64,000 nucleotides of DNA, taken from assembly GCF_006345805.1 (NCBI RefSeq), contig NC_043015.1, positions 19,468,001-19,532,000 of the forward strand, in the 5' to 3' direction. Below are positions 1 through 11,184 of this stretch, piece by piece. The notes below the pieces were generated by a model that worked only from the letters and a program-made list of their open reading frames with translations, ran no database searches and was not told the DNA's origin. The stretch is from Octopus sinensis. Taxonomy: Eukaryota. Each line of letters opens with the position of its first letter. Position 1 is the stretch's first letter. Both the position numbers and the translations under genes were made by a program.

Positions 1-175
1 AGTTTCGACATGCCACCGGCACTGGTAGCACATCCGCAATTTCCATTGATCGATTTCGATTCTGATCCTCACTTGCCTCAACACGTCTTCACAAGTAGAG
101 TTTTGTGTCCCAAGAAGGGAAGGTATGCATACGTAGGCTGGCTCCATCCCATGTAGAAGGCCACGGGTTGTGGAC

Positions 176-1582
176 TCACTTGTCCTGCCGGGTCATCTCG
201 CACACAGCACACTTCCAGAGGTCTCGGTCTCTAGTCATTTCCTCAGTGAGACCTAAAGTTCGAAGGTCGTGCTTCACCACCTCGTCCCAGGTTTTCCTGG
301 GTCTGCCTCTTCCACAGGTTCCCTCAACCGCTAGGGTGTGGCACTTTTTCACACAACTATCTTCATCCATTCTCGCCACATGACCATACCAGCGCAAACG
401 TCTCTCTTGCACACCACAACTGATGCTTCTTAGGTCCAGCTTTTCTCTCAAGGTACTTACACTCTGCCGAGTGTGAGTACCGGCATTACACATCCATCGG
501 AGCATACTGGCTTCATTTCTAGCGAGCTTACGCATATCCTCAGCAGTCACGGCCCATGTTTCACTGCCATGTAGCATGGCTGTTCGTACACACGCATCAT
601 ACAGTCTGCCTTTCACTCTGTGCGAGAGGCCTTTTGTCACCAGCAGAGGTAAGAGCTCTCTGAACTTTGCCCAAGCTATTCTTACTCTAGCAGTTACACT
701 TTCAGCACACCCGCCCCCGCTGCTGACTTGGTCACCTAGGTAACGGAAACTATCAACTATTTCTAGTTTTTCTCCCTGGAAAGTGACGGAAGTTGGTCTC
801 AGAGCATTTTCAGTGTTTATTGTTCCTGAGCATCTGCCACATACAAAAACCATCTTCCTAGTTAGCCTTCCTTTGACATTGCTGCATCTCTTATGTGTCC
901 ATAGCTTACACTTGGTGCATCTTATAGAGTTTCTACCTACACCTTTTCTACAGATCGAGCAGGGCCATCTACCTGAAGGTGTTTGTGATTTTTCTACCTT
1001 CCTACTGATTACGACTTTGGTTTTAGCTAGATTGACTCTGAGGCCCTTCGATTCTAATCCTTGTTTCCACACCTGAAACTTCTCCTCCAGTTCTGATAGC
1101 GACTCAGCAATTAGAGCAAGGTCATCAGCATAGAGGAGCTCCCAAGGGCATCCTGTCTTGAATTCCTCCGTTATTGCCTGGAGGACTAAGATAAATAGGA
1201 GGGGGCTGAGTACTGAGCCTTGGTGGACCCCTACCTCTACCCGGAATTCTTCACTGTACTCATTTCCAACCCTCACCCTACTAGCGGCGTCCCTATACAT
1301 GGCCCGCACAGCTCTCACTAACCATTCATCTATCCCTAGTTTTCTCATTGCCCACCAGATAAGGGATCGGGGGACCCTGTCGAAGGCTTTCTCCATGTCA
1401 ACAAAAGCCAGGTACAGGGGCTTATCTTTGGCTAGGTATTTCTCCTGCAGCTGCCTTACCAGGAATATAGCATCAGTAGTACTTTTCCCTGGCACAAACC
1501 CAAACTGCATCTCATCTAAACTAACTCTCTCTCTAATTAGTTGGGCTATGACCCTCTCCGTAACCTTCATCACCTGGTCCAA
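176..1582 (-). CDS. RTE reverse transcriptase, C-terminal part of the frameshift-split ORF, with an embedded C4HC3 zinc finger
   Basis: Motifs QFGFVPGKSTTDAIF, LAFVDMEKAFDRVP, GVHQGSVLSPLLF, LLYADDLAL, FRYLG, HGSETW, LRWYGHVARM and GRGRPRKTW are typical of RTE-type RT. Confidence 0.95.
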   Translation of the reverse strand: MDQVMKVTERVIAQLIRERVSLDEMQFGFVPGKSTTDAIFLVRQLQEKYLAKDKPLYLAFVDMEKAFDRVPRSLIWWAMRKLGIDEWLVRAVRAMYRDAASRVRVGNEYSEEFRVEVGVHQGSVLSPLLFILVLQAITEEFKTGCPWELLYADDLALIAESLSELEEKFQVWKQGLESKGLRVNLAKTKVVISRKVEKSQTPSGRWPCSICRKGVGRNSIRCTKCKLWTHKRCSNVKGRLTRKMVFVCGRCSGTINTENALRPTSVTFQGEKLEIVDSFRYLGDQVSSGGGCAESVTARVRIAWAKFRELLPLLVTKGLSHRVKGRLYDACVRTAMLHGSETWAVTAEDMRKLARNEASMLRWMCNAGTHTRQSVSTLREKLDLRSISCGVQERRLRWYGHVARMDEDSCVKKCHTLAVEGTCGRGRPRKTWDEVVKHDLRTLGLTEEMTRDRDLWKCAVCEMTRQDK

Positions 1583-3147
1583 CAGCTTGATACCTCTGTA
1601 GTTATTGTATCTAGGGCATCACCTTTACCTTTGTAGCAGTTGACTATTATACTGCTACACCAGTCATTGGGTATGACCCCTTTGTGTATCACCTGATTAA
1701 CTATATGGGTGACTAGGCTATAGCCGACACTACCAGACATTTTGAGCATCTCTGCAGTGATTCCTGATGGGCCTGGGGCTTTCCCTGTCTTCATGCTTCT
1801 AATTGCCTTAGCTACCACAGAACTATCAACTCGGATAGCCGGTCCCTCTGTTGGGTCAACATTCGGCAGACTCTCTTTATCCCATTCATTTTCTTCATTC
1901 AGCAACCTTTCATAGTGGCATCTCCAAACCTCTCTCTTTGCATCCTCATTTAGCGCAAGTGAACCATCTTCCATGCGAACACACTTCTCTCCTACCACAT
2001 CACGATTCTCTCTCACACACTGTCTTGCAACACGAAACACCTCCAGTCTTTGGTCCTCACGGCGCAGAACATTGGCAAATTTTTTCTTATCTGCTTCCCC
2101 TCTGGCTAAATAAACCTGTCTCCTAGCTTCTCTTTTGGCAGTCTGATACAATTCCCTGCTACCCCCATTTTTCCAGACCTTCCAAGCCTGTCTCTTTTCT
2201 CTAATAGCCCTGTCTACAATATTGTTCCACCACCACGTTATTCTAGGTCGAGAGGGGACTTTGCACCAGCCACAGATCTGGTCAGTGGCTCTCAGCAGGT
2301 TGTCCCTTAGAAACGTCCAGCTGTCTTCTACCCCCTGTGATGCTCTATCCCCTTCTACTTCGTCAGAGGCTTCAAGTAATATGTCCCTAAATCTCTGTCC
2401 ATTTGCAGGATCTTTAAGCTTCCAGATCCTTCTTCTCCATATTTGTCGTCTTCTGGTTGTCCTCCTAGTCCTGATCCTAAAGTCACTAACTACCAGTCTA
2501 TGTTGTGGGGTACATTCTTCACCTGGGAAGGTTTTGGCATTTATAAGCAGCCATCTCTCCCTTTGCCTTGTAAGGATGTAGTCAATTTGGCTGGTATGTT
2601 GGCCCGATTGGTAAGTGACTAGGTGGCTGGTAGGTTTCCTGAAGTTAGTGTTGCAAATCATAAGATTATTTGCATCGCAGAACTCCAGCAGCCTGGTTCC
2701 CTCCTCGTTGCGGGAGCCATAGCCATAGCCTCCATGTACGCCATGGAAGCCCCCAGCATGTCGTCCAACGTGACCATTGAAGTCACCAGCCACAAAGATA
2801 AGGTCTCTGTCGTTCGTCAATGAGGTAGTCTGCAGTAGAGTGTCATAGAATCGGTCTTTCTGTCCATCGGGTAGCCCCGACTGAGGAGCATAGGCTGATA
2901 TAATGGTTGCTAAACTATGATGAAGCACTAATCTAATCTTAAGTATTCTGTCACTTACTCTGATTACCTCAATTACTTTATCTACCCATTTCTCAGCGAT
3001 AAGTATACCCACGCCACCAACCCCGTCAGTGTTCCCTGCCCAGAAAATCTTGTACCTGCGTTCCTTGCCTGTGAGGAACCTAGCTGATCCTCCTCTCCAC
3101 CTTATTTCTTGCATGCAACATATATCCACACATCTCCGTTCAAGCAT
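1570..3147 (-). CDS. RTE APE-type endonuclease and linker, N-terminal part of the frameshift-split ORF
   Basis: Motifs CCMQEIRW, GVGGVGIL, ISAYAPQ, AGDFNGHVG, SQIDYIL, QHRLVV and GKAPGPSGITAEMLK. The true frame shifts near 1604-1607. Confidence 0.93.
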   Translation of the reverse strand: MLERRCVDICCMQEIRWRGGSARFLTGKERRYKIFWAGNTDGVGGVGILIAEKWVDKVIEVIRVSDRILKIRLVLHHSLATIISAYAPQSGLPDGQKDRFYDTLLQTTSLTNDRDLIFVAGDFNGHVGRHAGGFHGVHGGYGYGSRNEEGTRLLEFCDANNLMICNTNFRKPTSHLVTYQSGQHTSQIDYILTRQRERWLLINAKTFPGEECTPQHRLVVSDFRIRTRRTTRRRQIWRRRIWKLKDPANGQRFRDILLEASDEVEGDRASQGVEDSWTFLRDNLLRATDQICGWCKVPSRPRITWWWNNIVDRAIREKRQAWKVWKNGGSRELYQTAKREARRQVYLARGEADKKKFANVLRREDQRLEVFRVARQCVRENRDVVGEKCVRMEDGSLALNEDAKREVWRCHYERLLNEENEWDKESLPNVDPTEGPAIRVDSSVVAKAIRSMKTGKAPGPSGITAEMLKMSGSVGYSLVTHIVNQVIHKGVIPNDWCSSIIVNCYKGKGDALDTITTEVSSCWTR

Positions 3148-5050
3148 CTCGACTATCTCACCAGACCTACCTTTCAGAGTGCCAACGTTGAGGGGTGGAA
3201 GGCATGGGCTCTAGAGACCCTGGGACGGTGGACAGTAGCTTCGTGTACCTGAAAAGAAAGCTCGCATTTGGCAGAATTCATGTGCAAGAAATGAAGTAGT
3301 AAAGTAGCCTTCAGTACAACCTGCATAACGCTAGCCTTTCATATTTTGCACTGTATGAACATTACCTTACATAGGTCGAGACTAGGGGTAGGGAGGGGTA
3401 GGGATGGCGAGAGCATTTGCAGTCTTCATGGGAAGCAACCCCGGGATGGAAGAGAATAGGAACGGCAGGTGCACCGTAGCTGAGTAAAGAGGTTCTGTTA
3501 ATTGTGAGCTAGCAAATGGGTTTGTATGAATCGGGAGACAATACTAAACGAAAAATTGAAAAATTGAAAAATCAGAGTGGCTATGAACCTGGAGACAAGT
3601 CTAAACGAAAAAAAAAAAAAAAATGTTTGAGCTAGACAGGGTAATGAGGGAATACTGAAAGAATGAGGGACAATACAATGAGATGGAAATTGAAGAATAG
3701 AGAAAGAATAAGGATAAGTGCAAGAAAGAAGGTAGTCGTAGCGAGGTTGGACGATTCACTTAACTTTTAGCCATTCATGATCTGTGCGTATTCTTTAGAT
3801 ATTTTGAAGCGAGTGGGGTTAACGATAAATGCGATCGCTCTTTTATGTATGGCGATGATTGTTTTGGGGAGGGGGGGCATAGAGGACCATGGCGATGATG
3901 GTTATGGGAAGGGGGGACATAGCGAGAGAGAGATAGGGTTAGTTAGAGAGAGAGGTCAAGGGACACGTGACAATAAGCGGTGTGAGGGAATTTGACTGGG
4001 GACGGCATTGTCGATAAATAAACATTAGATAAATAGGTTTGAAAATCAGAAAAATCAGAGGGAATATCATTATTGATAGCTAATATAACACCGTAGCTGA
4101 GTAAAGAGGTTCTGTTAATCGTGAGCTAGCAAATGGGTTTGTATGAATCGGGAGACAATACTAAACGAAAAATTGAAAAATTGAAAAATCAGAGTGGCTA
4201 TGAACCTGGAGACAAGTCTAAACGAAAAAAAAAAAAAAAAAATGTTTGAGCTAGACAGGGTAATGAGGGAATACTGAAAGAATGAGGGACAATACAATGA
4301 GATGGAAATTGAAGAATAGAGAAAGAATAAGGATAAGTGCAAGAAAGAAGGTAGTCGTAGCGAGGTTGGACGATTCACTTAACTTTTAGCCATTCATGAT
4401 CTGTGCGTATTCTTTAGATATTTTGAAGCGAGTGGGCATATATATATATATGGATCAAAACTGCTCGATTCGAAATCCATGGTACTTAAAGTTTCAAAGC
4501 ATGATGCTTATCCTCAGCCATTGGAAATTTGAATGAGAAATCATTTGAAGAAAGTCAGACGTTATTACTAGTAGATGGGCTGTGATTGGTCGAGAAAGGT
4601 CATGCAGTGTCACAGTTTGATGTTGATATTTCAGTGACAACAATTACTTGGAAAATACTGAATGGACAGGAAATCGACCATGTGGTGGACAGGAAATTGG
4701 TCACATGGTTGGAGGGGAAGTAGGAAGGGATGGTGTGACAATATATCTATAGATATCAGAATGCACATATATGTGCAGATGTGGATGCGTGTGTGTAATT
4801 TGTACATGTGTATACAAGATATATTAGATTGTATAGATGTGCAGGTGTGTGTATATGCATACACACATATGCATGTTTGTGTGGATGTACAACTGTATAT
4901 ATATATATGTGTGTGTGTATGTGTGTGTGTGCATAGGTGTACATGTACACAAATACATAAACATATATATCATTGCTACATGTTAAACTGTCGTATGTCC
5001 AAATTTGGCCAAATGCATTTTTTTTCAATATTTAATTTTACTTGCAATAG

Positions 5051-5142
5051 CTGGTTCTTATGGTCAAACTATCGTATCTCCAGCTGCTTCAGATGAAAAT
5101 TGTCAAAGTGTATACAACGGTCTAGCATTTTTCAAAAGTCTA
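5051..5142 (+). other. Candidate internal coding exon of unknown product (AGSYGQTIVSPAASDENCQSVYNGLAFFKSL)
   Basis: Acceptor ttttacttgcaatag, open frame, donor gtaagt, in non-repetitive sequence. No family recognised. Confidence 0.3.
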
Positions 5143-5715
5143 GTAAGTCCCACATATGATAGTTTTGCAAAAATATTTCCAACTGGAAATATAAATGCAT
5201 GGAGTTACAATTTTATGCACCCAGCAAAGTATCATTGTTAAGTTAAAACTATTCTTAATGTAAAAAGAAATGGAATGGTGAAACTTTTTTTTTTTTGTTT
5301 TCTGGAAAAGCAACGTTTTGGACTTATGATACTTCTGCATAATAGCAACAATACATGTAGATATATATACATATATGAATGTGTGCATATATGTGTGTGT
5401 ACATACATGTACACATGTGCACTCATATGTATGTGCACATGCATATGCATACTAGTGTATATGTTTGTGTATGCATACTGGTGTGCATATGTATACTGGT
5501 GCATGCATTTGTATTTATGCGTATGTACATATATATATATATATGCACACAGAGCACACTTGCATATCCACTCACGTGTGCATGCATATATATATACTTG
5601 TGTGGTTGGGCATGTACAAGGAGTGAGAATATGTGGGTGGAGAGGCATGAACAAGAATTGGGAATTGGTGACTGGCGGCCCTGCCTGCACCAAGATTACT
5701 ATCACTAACCAACCC

Positions 5716-6075
5716 CTATGTGGGGGTTGATAGTAATCTTGATGCAGGCAGTGCAAGGGAGCAGCTGATGCTAAGGTGGTATATCTGGGATGTTGGTGGC
5801 CAGTGGCTTGAATTTAGCAGTAGGGCATACCTTTGGTAACAGCAATAGGATAGATCATACTTCTTGTTGATGACTACTGTGGGGTTGGTAGAGGATTGCA
5901 GTTTTTTTTTGCAGAGGCAGAACTGGCAATTAGGGACACTGGGTGAATATGGTGGTGCCCTGTCAACAATAGTGCACTTGATGCTGGATGTTTCATCTTG
6001 GTGGTCATGGAGTTTCCAGAGAAAGAGAGACAGGGAAGTAGGGTTTTCGCTATCCCTGAATCTGAATGAGTACAT
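5716..6075 (-). mobile_element. Penelope-like element remnant, C-terminus of the GIY-YIG endonuclease
   Basis: YSFR..ENPTSLSLFLWKLHD..SIKCTIVDRAPPYSP...CQFCLCKK...INKKYDL resembles the PLE endonuclease tail (T.LS..IW.LK, C.LCL.EK, LNKR.EL). An inverted-repeat end lies at 5681-5751. Confidence 0.7.
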
Positions 6076-6113
6076 GTGCTGGGAGTATCAATACAGATGT
6101 ATATATGTATGTA

Positions 6114-7372
6114 TAAGGTTATCCAGAAAGTTCTGAGCATTTTTTAATATGCAAAAAGGGGTGTAAATAATTGACCTTTCAATAAATTTTATTCAATTAA
6201 ATAATTTCCATTATTATTAATGACCTTTGCCCATCTATCAGGCAATTTAAATATTCCATCAACATAAAACCTGACTAGTTTTGAAAAAAAAAAAAAGTCA
6301 TCTAGATGCATTTTGATTCCATCTAAATTGTTAAATGTTTTTCCTTGCAAAGAGTTCTGTAGAGACAAAAACAGGTGGTAGTCGGAGAAAATGGCAGATG
6401 GTGTAAGAGATCCTAGCCAAATTCATGTAATTTTGTTCAGATAGCCAAATACACATGTGATCAGGTATTGTCTTGTTGGAACACTACCTCTTTCCTGTTG
6501 ACAATCTCCAGCCTCAATTCTTTGATTTTTTGGTTCAAATTGGCCAGTTGATCACAGTACACATCAGAATTAATGGTCTGATTTAGCAAGAGAAGCACAT
6601 AATCCATAATGCCTTTATGATCCCTACAAACACAAAGCATAGCTTTTTTGGCATAGATATTCACCTTTGGTTGCTGTTTTGGGGGAACCTAATGTAAACT
6701 CCAGGATCTTTTCCACACTACGTTTTTGTACACAATCCATTTTTCATCTCCAGTCACAAGGTGTTTCAAAAAAAGCATGCTTTCATTCCATTTCAAAAGC
6801 ATATCACAAACAGAAAACTGGTTCTAGCAATTCTTTTCTGAGAGTTTGTGAGGAACCCATACATTACAGTGATAAATGTATCCTAGCTTCACTACAAGTT
6901 CATAAGCCATACTTTTAGAAACTTCCACCTCCTCTACAAGTTCTCTAGTTGTGATATTTAAGTTTTCTTTAATTTTCCCCTTCAAAACATCTTCATCCAA
7001 TTTTGAAGGTTTTCCACTGCAACTGTCATCTTCCAAGCTAAACCAACTCTCCAGTTTTAAATTTTGCACACCACTTTCAAACAGTTGATTCACTTACAGC
7101 ATCATCACCATAAACTTCATTTTGCAGTATTTTCTCCTTTTTTTAAAAAGGGAAAAGCATAACGCAAATATGAAATTTTTGGTTATCCATTTCAAATATT
7201 AATAAAGGGTAACTGGAATGAAAGATAAATCTATTTTTAGTCAGGAACAAAGAAGAGACACACTACCACTTGAAGTGATACCAAAGTTTTAACTGTGTTA
7301 CGTTTCAAGTGTGTCCAATGAAACATTAAAAGATTTAGCTTAAAAATACTTAAAACTTTCCGGACAACCTAA
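6114..7372 (-). mobile_element. Full-length decayed mariner (Tc1/mariner) DNA transposon
   Basis: About 30-bp imperfect TIRs (taaggttatccagaaagtt / aactttccggacaacctaa) with TA flanks; length 1.26 kb. Transposase fragments include WVPHKL, VFQQDNT and SDYHLF. Confidence 0.9.
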
Positions 7373-7604
7373 TATAAGTGCATATATATATGCACACACA
7401 CATACACACACATTCATATATAGTATAATATAAGGAAAAATGAAGGATTTGAACACAGAAAAAAATCAATTTATTTTTAAAACATCATAAACACTTGGGG
7501 TGTGTGTATATATATATATGTGTGTGTGTGTGTGTAATATTTAATCCTGAAAATATTATTTATGTAACACATGCACTCATTAATTTTTTACCTTTATATA
7601 TGTA

Positions 7605-9320
7605 CTAGCAGAGATACCCGGCATTGCCCGTGTCACATGGAATTGAAGAATTAGACTTTTCTGTTATATTTTCTCTAATGAAGTCAATACTTACGATTCG
7701 AATTTCATCAAAATTGCAGATGAAGAATTTTAATGAGGGTTCTTTCCCTCTTTACACACCCTAACAAAAATTCTAATCATGACATATTTATCCCATACTA
7801 CTCATCTTTATGCCCAGATTCCAAAATTCAAATCTTATGGAACCTGTTAAAAGGTTTTTGCTCCTGAAAAATGTAGGAGCTCATGGAGCTCTAAAATGTG
7901 GGAGCTAAGGTCCCTATTGGGGGTGGGTGTCTTAGAGTCAACCAGAGAAGTTGAATTGTTGAGAATCTTTTTAACTTGGGTCTTATATCTATTATTCGAA
8001 TTTCTTTGAAATCGGAAATATATCTATGTTCACTAGGTTTGTAAAAGAGAACAAAGCTACAGGAAACCAAAAGACGAATGATCAGAATAAGCAGTCAGCT
8101 ACCCTACCCTAGTCGTTACCACTCCCAATGTAGGATTCCTCACTATACAGGTGATGAGCACAGTGATAAGATGCATTACAGATCTATAACAATTGGAAGG
8201 GCGTGACCCAACTCAAATAAACATTAACAACTGTGTGATGTGAGGGCTAAGGGGAAATGAAAGTTTGCCAATGATCACTATGTCGATAGACAACTGGACA
8301 GAATGAATTTGCAATCTATAAATGTCTCTGAATAACCTGTCACTTATCTGAGAAGGCCTTGAAATCAATGTTACCATCTGGGGACTTACTGTAACCCAGT
8401 GATAATAAAAAGACTCAAAGGAGGTCTGCAACCAAATAACTTTACTCAACACTATGCAACTGAATCAGTGGAGGCAAAGATGCCTCTCCTTTACTTGACA
8501 ATTTATGTACCACATTGCAGAAATCACAATCTAAGTATATCTCAAAGCAAACTCTTACACTGTTGTACCATTGAATTACAAATAACACTCATCTTTTATG
8601 TTCAGGTGACCCTACAGCTTCCAAGAGTAGAATTGTCTTTGTCTTTGCTTAGGAAAAATGACAAAATTGTGGGTGTTAAGAGGTCTTTCCAACTTCTAAG
8701 AAGTTAAAATTTTAGAAATATTACTTCATTTGTGTCTAATATCTATGGTTAAAATATATGAATTTTCATGGGGGTTATGGCCTCATTTATGCCCCTCACT
8801 TTCAAAGATATGCTGCATCACATATGCCCTTATGCAGAGAATATAATTTCCAAATTTCATAAAGATTCATTCGGTACTTTTGAGCTAGTTTTGGATCATA
8901 AAAAATGACTAAAATTTGGGAGTTAAGGCCCTCATTGGGGGGGGGGGGTCTTAGAATCCTCATGATAAGCAGAAACTTTGGTACAACTTCTTGATGTGCG
9001 TCAATTACCCATGGTTGAAATTTCATCAACATTGAAAATTTATGAATTTTCATGGTGGGGTTCTGCCCCCTTTAAGCCATCTCAAATTCAAACCAAACAT
9101 ACTGCATTATACCCGCCCTTATGCATTGAATCTAAGTTCCAAATATCATAAGGATCCATTCAGTAATTTTGGTCCATGAAATTGTATGAAAGATACAACA
9201 TTACCCTTCTCCCTAGGCTTGTATTTTGTGTTCCAAATTTCATTAGCATCGGTGCAGTAGTTTTCAAATGTATAAGTAACACAAGAACACACATAAAGAC
9301 ATTGACTTTTACATAATAGA
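7605..9320 (-). mobile_element. Non-autonomous Helitron-like element, possibly with an internal insertion
   Basis: On the minus strand it starts A|TC at 9320 and ends with a GC-rich short hairpin followed by CTAG|T at 7605. Internal subrepeats contain ccaaatttcat...gat(t/c)cattc. Confidence 0.55.
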
Positions 9321-9575
9321 TATGAATATGCACATATACATACATATATATGTGTGTGTGTGTGTGTGTATTATATATATATATATATTTATCTATACAT
9401 AGATATATATGCACAAAAAGATTGATAGATACAATTGAGTGGGCAAACAAAAATATGAGACACTGCCTAGTGCTTTTTTTTTATTTCAATAAGCCTGGTA
9501 CTTACTCTAGCAGTTTCTTTTTCTCAAACCAGTAAGTTATGGGGATGTAAATAAACTGTATGTATGTGTGTGTGT

Positions 9576-9616
<41 letters not shown>

Positions 9617-9670
9617 TGTGTGTGTATGTGGTGTGTATGCATGTATGTATGCATGCATGCATGTATACGA

Positions 9671-9825
9671 TTGATTTCTTTCAGTTTCTGTCTATGAAAT
9701 CCACTCACAAGGCTTTGATTGGTCTGAGGCTACAGAAGACACATGCCAAGTCACCACACAGTGGGACTGAACCCAGGACCAAGTGTTTTGGAACCAAGTT
9801 TCTTACCACACAGCCACACCTGCAT
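9671..9825 (-). mobile_element. tRNA-derived SINE, 5' half (family A)
   Basis: Reverse complement of the family A head seen at 14735; CpG-decayed. Confidence 0.8.
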
Positions 9826-10149
9826 ATGTGTGTGTGTATATGCTTGTGTGTGTAGATATGTATGTATATGTATATATACATATGTATAAATAAAAGTATG
9901 TATGTATATATGTGTATATATATGTGTACATATCACATGTACATCTATATATATATACATGTATACATATACATGTATACATATACATGTATATATATAT
10001 ATATATGTACTAGTAGAGACATCTGGCGTCGCTCAGGATTAAAATGCCATAGTTTGTATATATTACAGTTATGTTGAAATAGGTGATATGAGAAAGTGCA
10101 GCATTGACAACAAAACATTTGTGGAGTAAATGATGGGCTAATTTGACTG

Positions 10150-10800
10150 AAAAAAATGCTATGCATCCATTTGGAGTATTTCAGGCCCTGTGGGAGCTAT
10201 GTGATTTTTGAATGCACCGAGAAGCTGTCATTAGATATACTCTCTTTTGCAGCAGTCGGCGCTGTGTCTTACATGACCCATCATCTGAAATGTTGACACC
10301 TCCTTCGGGTTTGTTGTCCTACATCACTCATAAAGTAAATTTGGCCGAACTGTGGTTGTTCATTTGTGGGTAACAGGGATCGAATGAGGTGATAGACTTG
10401 CCCTTGAACTTTGATGTCGTTGTAAATTCATGTTTATCTATCTTCTTAGATGCAACAAACGATGTCAATTGCAGAGTTGTATTGTCTGATATTGTTCAGA
10501 AAATCCTTTAACTGGATGGAAATGCCTTCTAGAAGATCCATAAGAGGTTGAGAAGGAGCTGGTAGTGCTGGCAATGTTACCTGACCACTTGAGCAGCACA
10601 TACCATTTGTTTCATATGAAAATTTTAAAGCTTTACAGAAAAGATAATTTGTGTTTAGCACACAAATTTGGACAGAGTTATTATTTTTATAAGAATGGGA
10701 TGGATCATATCTGAAAACAGCTTCAGGAGTTGTGAAGAACGAATTTGTACATAGTCTGTTTCTGAGAGTTATTCTATTGGACCTCTGTCTAATCATTAGA
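10150..10800 (-). pseudogene. Helitron RepHel N-terminal remnant
   Basis: CKALKFSYETNGMCCSSGQVTLP...LLEG...FLNNIRQYNSA, then in another frame FKVQGQVYHLIRSLLP...FGQIYF. These are characteristic Helitron Rep N-terminal motifs, frameshifted. Confidence 0.85.
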
Positions 10801-11184
10801 AAGAGAGAGTAGGAAACAACAAAAGTGTAAGAGAGAGTAGAAGAGAGATGGTGTAGTGCTAGGGAATACTCACAAGTAACAAGAATATGAGCGTTGAACC
10901 TGGTTAGAAAAATAGGATGTGGGTATTGGAGGAGGGGAGCTGCAATACAGTGAGCAGGGTAGTGAGGGCAAGAAAGAGGGAATTGGAAACAACCATAATT
11001 TACAAAGAGGAAATGTGAGGAAGTGAAAGATGCAGTTATAAGAGTTGTAGTTCAGTTTCTTAGGCTAGAATGGATGAAAAGTGTATTGTTACACGTGGGT
11101 GGGATACAAGGAATCCTCCCAGAGTCCCAAAGCGGTTTTAGAGCTAGTTGAAGGAATCCTCCTAGGGTCTCAATGCGGTTTTAG

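Larger units (their letters stand above)
1..4437 (-). mobile_element. Near full-length RTE-clade non-LTR retrotransposon (APE endonuclease + RT + internal PHD finger); 3' UTR runs off the left edge of the window
   Basis: Two consecutive ORFs give APE and RT domains. About 1.2 kb of upstream leader ends at a (TA)n run near 4438. The 3' UTR (1-175) matches the 3' UTR units at 27.9-30.1 kb. Confidence 0.95.

Noticed and set aside
105-3214. Plus-strand ORFs overlapping the RTE
   Set aside because: Antisense shadows of the LINE ORF with no recognisable domains.
5057-5068. Minus-strand FDHK, as in the PPM1L motif LSFDHKP
   Set aside because: It is immediately preceded by an in-frame stop and the flanks do not match PP2C; chance.
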